Origin: Candidatus Micrarchaeia archaeon
Lineage (GTDB): Archaea; Micrarchaeota; Micrarchaeia; Burarchaeales; Fermentimicrarchaeaceae
Assembly: GCA_038871515.1 (NCBI GenBank)
Contig: JAVZHX010000001.1
Location: 384,001 to 448,000 of the forward strand
Direction: 5' to 3'
Length of the DNA: 64,000 bases
The notes under the pieces were generated by a model. The model searched no databases. It saw nothing but the letters and a program-made list of their open reading frames with translations, and was not told the DNA's origin. Each line of letters starts with the position of its first letter. The first letter of the stretch is position 1. Of the stretch, positions 57,195 to 64,000 are shown one piece after another. Both the position numbers and the translations under genes were made by a program.

Positions 57195-57611
57195 ACCACC
57201 TCCGAGAGTTAGTACACTACCCCTTTAAGTTTAGATGATCCTCCTTTAAACCACTTCCTTTTTCTATAATTTTTTAAAAAATGTAGACTAATTAACTAAT
57301 TTTAATCAATCCTAATACATTTTTCTAAATAAAAATTGCATATTATATGAACAAAATAACTTTAAGGAAGATAGAAACGCTTCTCGCAATTCATATGTTG
57401 TAGTCATATTTTCTATAATCTCTCTAAATTAATGATATTAAACATTATTTTTAAACAAAATTTAGATATAACTTATACTTATTGCACAACTAGACGAATC
57501 TTTCCACCCAACTGCTCAAATTCCATTTTTTACAAAACATAAATAAAACATCAACAAAAATACAATGTACTAAAAGAAAAATATTTATATTTTAAGCGCT
57601 ATATCAAATTT

Positions 57612-59300
57612 ATGGTCGAATTTGATGTGCTTTCTAATCTTGTTTTTAGGGAATTATGTATGAACAGCAGAGTGACAATAACCGACATAGCACACAAACT
57701 TAACTGCTCCAGAAACGCAGTAAAACGAAGAATAGACTTCCTTGGTAATGAGCTGAAGATCAAATATGTAACTGAGTTGGACGAGAGAGAACTTGGGTTT
57801 GCATATAACTATATAATCCGGGCTAAACTCAAAAAACCCATCGACAAAAACACTCTGCTAAACTATCTCAAACACGATCCAGTTCCACAATTTGCTGCTT
57901 TTACAAAAGGGGATTTTGACCTTATAATATACGCAACTGCAAAAACACATAACGAGTATTGCGAATGGGAGTATTGGATGCGTTACCTACTGAGAGACCA
58001 CCTTGAAAATTGGAACAACGCTCACTTCTTAGCTTCCAGATACGGTTTCTTTCCTCTTCATGAAAATGCTCTAGAAACAATATCCCTACCAACTCCGAGA
58101 AAAGAGATATTGCTGTTGTTAAACCGTAACTCACGCATTTCGCTAAAAGATTTGGCGAAAAGCACTAAACTAAGTCACCCAACAGCAAGATATCATGTCA
58201 CCAAGCTAGAGGAGTCAAGAGTTGTAAGGAGATTCACCGCAATTGCGAAGAAACCTCCCAAATCTGTCCATTTTTTCGTATTTTGGACATATCGTTTTAA
58301 TGAGGGGTTTGAAGAGAGGGCGATAAAAGTCAGAAAAATCATAAGAGACGAACCAGAGCAGATCACAATGAATAAATGCTCCTTCATAGCGAGCCTAAGT
58401 GGCACGGCTGACGAAGTTGCACTTCTCTCCTACGATGATATTGAAAGAGGTTATGAAGAGATAAAACTCATCGACAAGATATTCGCACCGGATGAAGTAA
58501 AAACAGAGAGCGGAATAATAACACAGGTAATCTATGGCGAGCTTCCATTCAGAAACACAGATATAAGCAAGCTGTATGATGTTTCATGGCCGATATATAA
58601 GCGGGTGGGAAGCACTAAAAAAGAGACTGCAAAAGAAAAACTCAATGCGCTTGATTATTTAAACGAATTCAATGAGAGATGGGGCAACATAGTCCTACCA
58701 CAAATTGACTCTTTTCTAAAAAGCAGAAAACCTTACCTTGATGTTACTCAGTATTTCAAAAACACAAAATCCCGAATTTTTGAGACAAATATAAAGAATG
58801 GCAAACACGTATATGCGCTATGTTTCGACGGTGCGAAAGGAATGGTTGATAAATTTGAGATAACTGAGAAAGGTGGGATACAGAGAGATTCAAATAACAA
58901 GTTAATTGTGAAGGTTAATGCCTCTATGGTAGTTATGGGGTTGCTTGACTTGTTCGTCCCATTCCTCACAACTGATGAAATCCTACCCTTTAACAGAACT
59001 CTTGAAAGACCGTATGGGTTGGACCCGAAGAGAGTTAGAAAAACTGTAACGAAACTTGGCAAAGACCCACGGAAAGATTTGATTTGCTTCTTCATCCAAG
59101 ACCCCCAAGAAATAGACGAGAAAATCAAACTGTTCCTGGTGGAGTTCAGGAGGTTGGTTAGTGGCGAGTATTTCAAAAGAGAAAAGGTATCAACCTTCAC
59201 AAAACCGCCCCACTACAACATAGGTAATGAGGAACTATCAAAACTTGTCAAAGAGCTCGTTGAGCAGTACTGCGAACCCACAGCTGGTGTGAAGAGGTGA
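57612..59300 (+). CDS. Tandem Lrp/AsnC regulator fused to an unknown C-terminal domain
   Basis: Two HTHs (NSRVTITDIAHKL; NSRISLKDLAKS), KGDFDL; about 230-aa extension. Confidence 0.8.
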   Translation: MVEFDVLSNLVFRELCMNSRVTITDIAHKLNCSRNAVKRRIDFLGNELKIKYVTELDERELGFAYNYIIRAKLKKPIDKNTLLNYLKHDPVPQFAAFTKGDFDLIIYATAKTHNEYCEWEYWMRYLLRDHLENWNNAHFLASRYGFFPLHENALETISLPTPRKEILLLLNRNSRISLKDLAKSTKLSHPTARYHVTKLEESRVVRRFTAIAKKPPKSVHFFVFWTYRFNEGFEERAIKVRKIIRDEPEQITMNKCSFIASLSGTADEVALLSYDDIERGYEEIKLIDKIFAPDEVKTESGIITQVIYGELPFRNTDISKLYDVSWPIYKRVGSTKKETAKEKLNALDYLNEFNERWGNIVLPQIDSFLKSRKPYLDVTQYFKNTKSRIFETNIKNGKHVYALCFDGAKGMVDKFEITEKGGIQRDSNNKLIVKVNASMVVMGLLDLFVPFLTTDEILPFNRTLERPYGLDPKRVRKTVTKLGKDPRKDLICFFIQDPQEIDEKIKLFLVEFRRLVSGEYFKREKVSTFTKPPHYNIGNEELSKLVKELVEQYCEPTAGVKR

Positions 59301-59359
59301 ACTAAAACTATCTAATGTTAATAGAAAAGTTTATAAATAAACTATTCTAATACTAAACT

Positions 59360-60628
59360 ATGTTATTCCACCCGATACTAAAGGAACAGAGGGAGGAGCT
59401 TGAGCAAATAGAAAGGGAAGAGAACATCATTGAACGGGATAAGCATAACGAGGCAAAAAACCTTTTGGAACACCCAAACATTCTTGCAGTTCTTGGAATT
59501 CGAAGGTGTGGCAAATCGGTTTTTTCGTATCTGCTTGCCAAAGACAGCATGGGTTATGTAAACTTTGATGATGAGAGGCTTGCCGGCTTGAAAGGACAGG
59601 AGCTTAACAACATCCTCCAATCAATCTACGAGCTTTATGGCGATGTGAAATACCTAGTCCTTGACGAGGTTCAGAATGTTGATAACTGGGAGCTCTTTGC
59701 TAACCGACTGAGGAGAACCAAGAGGGTTATTCTCACCGGAAGCAACTCCAAACTACTTTCAGGTGAACTTGCAACACACCTCACTGGAAGATATGTGAGC
59801 ATCAACCTATTCCCCTTCTCCTTCCAAGAATTTTTAAGATTTAAACGACACAAGTTGGAGGGGTTTCATACCACAAAGGAAAAAGCAATGCTCCTCACTC
59901 TTTTAAGGGAGTATTTGGAAACAGGAGGTCTCCCGGAAGCATACAAATTTGGCAAATCCATAATCGCGCGCATATATGACGACATAATCACAAAAGATCT
60001 TCTCCTGAGGTACAAAATAAAGAGAACCGCTGACCTCAGGCAGCTTGCAAGATATCTGGTAACAAACTCCGCGGAGGAGTTCACATACGGCAAACTCGCA
60101 AAAATTTTTGGGATAAAGCACATTTCAACGGTTTCCAATTGGGTTTCATACCTTGAGAATTCCTTCCTTTTATTCAAAATTGACAGGTTTGACTTCAAGC
60201 TCAAAAAACAATTCCTCGCCCCCAAGAAAATTTACTGCGTTGATACTGGAATTATTAATACAGTTGGCTTCAAGTTTTCAGAGGATACGGGAAGGATAAT
60301 TGAGAATGCAGTTGCTGTGGAACTACAGAGGAGAATAACCTCTGCTGAGAGGAAGGAAATTTACTACTGGAAGGATCACCTGCAAAACGAAGTTGATTTT
60401 GTGGTGAAGGAGGGAAAAAGGATTACCCAGCTGATTCAGGTTGCATACGCAACTAAGAGAAATGAAATTAGGAGGAAGGAGCTCACAGCATTGGTGAAGG
60501 CAGGCAGAGAGTTAAGGTGCAGAAACCTCCTCGTGATTACATGGGACTGCGAGCTTGAGGAGAGAGTTGGCGGATTCAGAGTAAGATTTGTTCCTCTCTG
60601 GAAATGGCTTCTTGGAGAGCCCAGATAA
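59360..60628 (+). CDS. AAA+ ATPase with DUF4143 domain (copy 2)
   Basis: GIRRCGKS, LVLDEVQ, TGSNSKL, LTGR, KIYCVDTG, EVDFV. Confidence 0.92.
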   Translation: MLFHPILKEQREELEQIEREENIIERDKHNEAKNLLEHPNILAVLGIRRCGKSVFSYLLAKDSMGYVNFDDERLAGLKGQELNNILQSIYELYGDVKYLVLDEVQNVDNWELFANRLRRTKRVILTGSNSKLLSGELATHLTGRYVSINLFPFSFQEFLRFKRHKLEGFHTTKEKAMLLTLLREYLETGGLPEAYKFGKSIIARIYDDIITKDLLLRYKIKRTADLRQLARYLVTNSAEEFTYGKLAKIFGIKHISTVSNWVSYLENSFLLFKIDRFDFKLKKQFLAPKKIYCVDTGIINTVGFKFSEDTGRIIENAVAVELQRRITSAERKEIYYWKDHLQNEVDFVVKEGKRITQLIQVAYATKRNEIRRKELTALVKAGRELRCRNLLVITWDCELEERVGGFRVRFVPLWKWLLGEPR

Positions 60629-60640
60629 TGGTTACCCCTG

Positions 60641-61180
60641 CTACTGAATTTCATATGGTCTTACTTCCTCAAAGCTCACAACAAAGCTCTTAGGATACCT
60701 CTGCACTGACTGCTTCACCTCTTCCCTCAACTTCCTTAAGGATGCAACAAACAGAACCAGCTCCCTTCCCCTTTTCCTCTTCTCAGCTTCCCTTGCCCTC
60801 TCCATCAGTGATTCAATTTCCTTCTCTGTAACCTCCTCCCCCCACTTCACCTCCCCAACAACAAGGTACTTTGAATTCACTCCCACCGCATCAAAGCAGG
60901 CATTTCCCCAAATATTTTTAGCCTCTCCAAGGGGAGGGACTGCAAACCCTGCATGCACCAGCGCATCCCTCACCCTGTCCTTTGCAAACTTCTGCATTTT
61001 CTCCACTTCAATAATCTTTCCACTTTCCATCAGAACTTCCTGGTAGTTGCCTGTGTACTCCAATGCGCACAGAACCTTTCTTCTGAGGAGAGAAACAGGA
61101 TCCTCCACCTCCTCGACTACCGCTTGCCTAACCGGCTCCTCCCTTTTAATCACCTTGCCCAGCATGGCAAGGAGACCCAC
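60641..61180 (-). CDS. PD-(D/E)xK nuclease-fold protein, copy 2
   Basis: Identical to copy 1 except at the termini. The ATG is replaced by GCG, so the next codon (GTG) is the likely start. Confidence 0.7.
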   Translation of the reverse strand: MGLLAMLGKVIKREEPVRQAVVEEVEDPVSLLRRKVLCALEYTGNYQEVLMESGKIIEVEKMQKFAKDRVRDALVHAGFAVPPLGEAKNIWGNACFDAVGVNSKYLVVGEVKWGEEVTEKEIESLMERAREAEKRKRGRELVLFVASLRKLREEVKQSVQRYPKSFVVSFEEVRPYEIQ

Positions 61181-61181
61181 C
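60657..61181. repeat. 525-bp direct repeat, copy 2
   Basis: Matches 56668..57192. Confidence 0.92.
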
Positions 61182-61335
61182 GCACCACCTCCAAGCGACC
61201 TTTTATTGGCTGACAGATAGAATTTTAGCAAAAGGTATATATATAACTTTTGTTTTTTTATACACAGTAAAAAATAATTTACAAACCTCTAAAAAACAGC
61301 ATACAATTTTAAACTTTTAACTATAATTTTTTCTT

Positions 61336-61683
61336 ATGGGTCGAGCTATTCGTAATAACAAAAATAATAAGTGGTCCCTTATTCACATTATAACAAAACC
61401 CCAGAATAAAGCCATAATCCAGCTACTCTCAGATAAAAAACCAAGAATGCCAGTACAAATTTGTAAAGAATTAAGCAAAAGTTTTCCCAAAGCCACGTTA
61501 TATCTCGCAATGAAAGAACTAGCTAAGAGAAAGTTTCTAGTCCCAATGATAATTGAGAACAAAACTAAACCTTGGAGAAGCTTAACAGAAATTTTGGGTT
61601 ATACTCTGGATGAGGATCTCTACGCAATAATAAAAACTTTAGATGAAGTCGATGAAAAAGCTGGGCGCATATCAAATAAATAA
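61336..61683 (+). CDS. Winged-helix DNA-binding protein (ArsR-like)
   Basis: IIQLLS...QICKELS...ATLYLAMKEL. Confidence 0.7.
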   Translation: MGRAIRNNKNNKWSLIHIITKPQNKAIIQLLSDKKPRMPVQICKELSKSFPKATLYLAMKELAKRKFLVPMIIENKTKPWRSLTEILGYTLDEDLYAIIKTLDEVDEKAGRISNK

Positions 61684-62502
61684 CTATTTTTTCGAAACCA
61701 CAACGTACGCGTAGTCGCCCTCTATTATTCTATCTATCTTTAATCCCGCTAGCTTATGCAAATCCTTTATCTCTTTCTTACTCCATCTATGAGAAGCGAA
61801 GACCTTTTTATCTCCCACATAGGCAGCTATATCCTGACTTACTTCATCATATGTTATTATCGGTGGGCTACCAAATATCTCAACAACTGGATCCCATATC
61901 CAATTCTGAAAACTGTAGTCTATAAGCTCAAGATACTTCATAATATCATAACCACGTGGTCTAAGATGGATGGGTATCCTTTTAATGGCCGTGCTATCTA
62001 TTTTCATGTCCTGTGGTAACTTATAAAGCATCAAAACTATTCTATCTTCATCATTCATCAACATCCTCACTTTTCTTAAGACCCTTAGTCTATCTCTTGG
62101 TGGGAAATTACCCAACGTATTCACCAAACAGATAAAAATTATTGGATGAACCCTATTTTTAATGAACCTTTTTGTTCTACTCAGATCTCTAAAATCTTCA
62201 TGAATAAGCACTACCCGTTTAAGATATCTTTTAGCAACATTCTTACAGAAATCTAACATATACTTCGAGAAATCTACTCCAATAATTGTGTGGATGTTTT
62301 TTATTTTATCTAGCCACTCCAACTCCCTACCTGGCCCTATTCCAAGATCTACTACAATTTTTTCACTATTTGGATGATAGCTATTTATAAAATCAACCAA
62401 ATGCCTTTCATCAATAATATCTAATTTCTTCTGGTAAGCTTTATAAAAAGCTTCGGGAGCTTTAACAGATCTGTACAAGTCTACCCATTCATATTTTTTC
62501 AC
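61684..62502 (-). CDS. Class I SAM methyltransferase (intact copy)
   Basis: VVDLGIGPG, GVDFS..ML, EDF, CLVNTLGNF. Confidence 0.85.
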   Translation of the reverse strand: MKKYEWVDLYRSVKAPEAFYKAYQKKLDIIDERHLVDFINSYHPNSEKIVVDLGIGPGRELEWLDKIKNIHTIIGVDFSKYMLDFCKNVAKRYLKRVVLIHEDFRDLSRTKRFIKNRVHPIIFICLVNTLGNFPPRDRLRVLRKVRMLMNDEDRIVLMLYKLPQDMKIDSTAIKRIPIHLRPRGYDIMKYLELIDYSFQNWIWDPVVEIFGSPPIITYDEVSQDIAAYVGDKKVFASHRWSKKEIKDLHKLAGLKIDRIIEGDYAYVVVSKK

Positions 62503-62506
62503 AAAA

Positions 62507-63106
62507 TCACTTCAAATGTTTAAGAGGTAACTTAACATTTTTAACATACTCCATCGGTGATGGTACTTCAACAGGATCAAAGAACCATTTTCCTTTCAGC
62601 TCAAAAGGTCGTATACTCCATATTTTTTCTATCCACCCCTGTTTAATCAATGTTTCTCCAAATTCCTGGTACTCATTCAAATCCTGCGTAGTAATTATCA
62701 AAAGCAGATCCCATTCAGTGCCTTGGAGAGCGTAAGCCTGTCGTATTATATTTATCCCCAATTCCCGTTCAGTTTCCTTTAGTTTTTCTATAATTTCTGT
62801 CCATCCTCTCGGATAGTTTATTTCAACTCCAATAACCGGTGGAGAAAGATTAGCCTTAACCATTACGATTAAGTATTCATCCCATAATTTGATTGGATCA
62901 ATAAGTGCAGAATTTGTTTTTAAAATTACACCTTTTTTACTTAAGATTGAAATCCTATCTTTAACCTCATCCTTATTTATTCTCAATTTTTTTGCTATAT
63001 CGCTCACTTCTCGATCTGTCAGATCTCTACCTGCTAGAAGTAATTTAAGTATCCGCAAATCTACTTCATCTAATTTTTCCCGGATTACTTTTTTCCATAT
63101 ACCCAT
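62507..63106 (-). CDS. Lrp/AsnC-like regulator (copy 2)
   Basis: LDEVDLRILKLL, SDIAKKL; likely start MGIWKK. Confidence 0.75.
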   Translation of the reverse strand: MGIWKKVIREKLDEVDLRILKLLLAGRDLTDREVSDIAKKLRINKDEVKDRISILSKKGVILKTNSALIDPIKLWDEYLIVMVKANLSPPVIGVEINYPRGWTEIIEKLKETERELGINIIRQAYALQGTEWDLLLIITTQDLNEYQEFGETLIKQGWIEKIWSIRPFELKGKWFFDPVEVPSPMEYVKNVKLPLKHLK

Positions 63107-63266
63107 ATTCTCCCATATTTTCTCTCCTTCCAAGTTAAAAATCTTTTGTTTGTTAACCACACGACTAGCTCCCGAATTCCCGCAAATCACTTAGAGATAC
63201 CCAACAAACAGATGCATAATTTATAAAGCAAATACAGTAATCTACCAATAATCATCAACCAACAAC

Positions 63267-63668
63267 TCAACCAAGTGGTTTCGCCACAAACCTTCTTTTT
63301 CCTAAATTTTCTAACTCTTCTACTAACCATTGTTTACCGATACGACTTTGAATAACTCTCCTCAACTCATCTTCAAGATTTTCCTTATTTGTATATGCTG
63401 CGTATTCTCCGATACATTCTGAGCGAATTTTTACCAATTTAGCATCTAAATTAAAATCTGCATTAAATTTTACTAATATATCCTCTTTGAATCCACCCCA
63501 TTTCCTTTCCTTCCCGCTCATCTTCAATTGCCAGTTTATCATTTTATCATGCTTCAAAGAAATTTTAGTTTCTTTCACCCCTTCTTCATCCTCTTTCCTA
63601 CCCACCAACAGAGTCCTGTTCTCCTCTAAACTATGTGGCTCTTTCTTGAGACTTATTCCAAAAACCAT
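63267..63668 (-). CDS. Hypothetical protein (paralog of 56188..56622)
   Basis: See paralog; start uncertain. Confidence 0.7.
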   Translation of the reverse strand: MVFGISLKKEPHSLEENRTLLVGRKEDEEGVKETKISLKHDKMINWQLKMSGKERKWGGFKEDILVKFNADFNLDAKLVKIRSECIGEYAAYTNKENLEDELRRVIQSRIGKQWLVEELENLGKRRFVAKPLG

Positions 63669-63814
63669 TGCTTCATCTTTTGCCGAAGATTTTCTTAAAC
63701 CCTGCATACTATTAAATCTCATTTTATATATTTAAAATAATAAGTCAATTGAAATACCAAAGAAGAAATAGGCAAATTTATTTATATCTCCCAACAATAG
63801 TCTAATGAGCTACT

Positions 63815-64000
63815 ATGCCAGAAACAATGGAAAGTGTTTTGGATGATTTACTAAAAGAGGAGGATATACTAGCAGTAATGCTTGCCAGAAAAAATGAAGT
63901 TTCGATAAGACCTTCTCCTGACAAATTTAAGTTAAAAAACCCCGCGATATTTAATATACTGCAATCGACAATGGACGAATTTTTTACAGTGATAGAGAAA
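63815..64000 (+). CDS. Partial ORF, possibly Roadblock/LC7-like
   Basis: MPETMESVLDDLLKEEDILAVMLARKN..., open to the window end. Confidence 0.45.
   Translation, partial: MPETMESVLDDLLKEEDILAVMLARKNEVSIRPSPDKFKLKNPAIFNILQSTMDEFFTVIEK

Noticed and set aside
56668..61181. Diversity-generating retroelement or IS-bounded transposon
   Set aside because: No reverse transcriptase or transposase, no adenine-specific mismatches, no terminal inverted repeats

Overview
This is a gene-dense archaeal chromosome segment, with TATA promoters, a thermosome, family-B polymerase and BHB tRNA introns. The non-canonical tRNA intron, tandem Lrp regulators and form III RuBisCO suggest a DPANN lineage such as Micrarchaeota; this taxonomy is inference only. 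Positions 1-52.4 kb are mostly core metabolism: Sua5, form III RuBisCO, a cobO-nrdR-nrdJ unit (class II RNR with two inteins and NrdR boxes on a TATA promoter), a non-oxidative pentose phosphate cluster flanked by two Prs paralogs (one degenerate), and purine and pyrimidine genes including an intein-containing PurD-like ligase. The same stretch carries TIP49 and two intron-containing tRNAs. At about 39.6-39.9 kb the strand composition flips sharply from G-rich to C-rich, right at a symmetric intergenic element (two TGTAACCATGGTTACA palindromes, a G-string and a T-rich core), which is a candidate replication origin or terminus. From 52.5 kb to the end is an AT-richer accessory island built from duplicated modules: AAA-DUF4143 ATPases, Lrp plus methyltransferase pairs, PD-(D/E)xK nucleases and a TA pair. 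No CRISPR array, rRNA, transposase or integrase was seen. All calls come from reading motifs by eye, without database searches.
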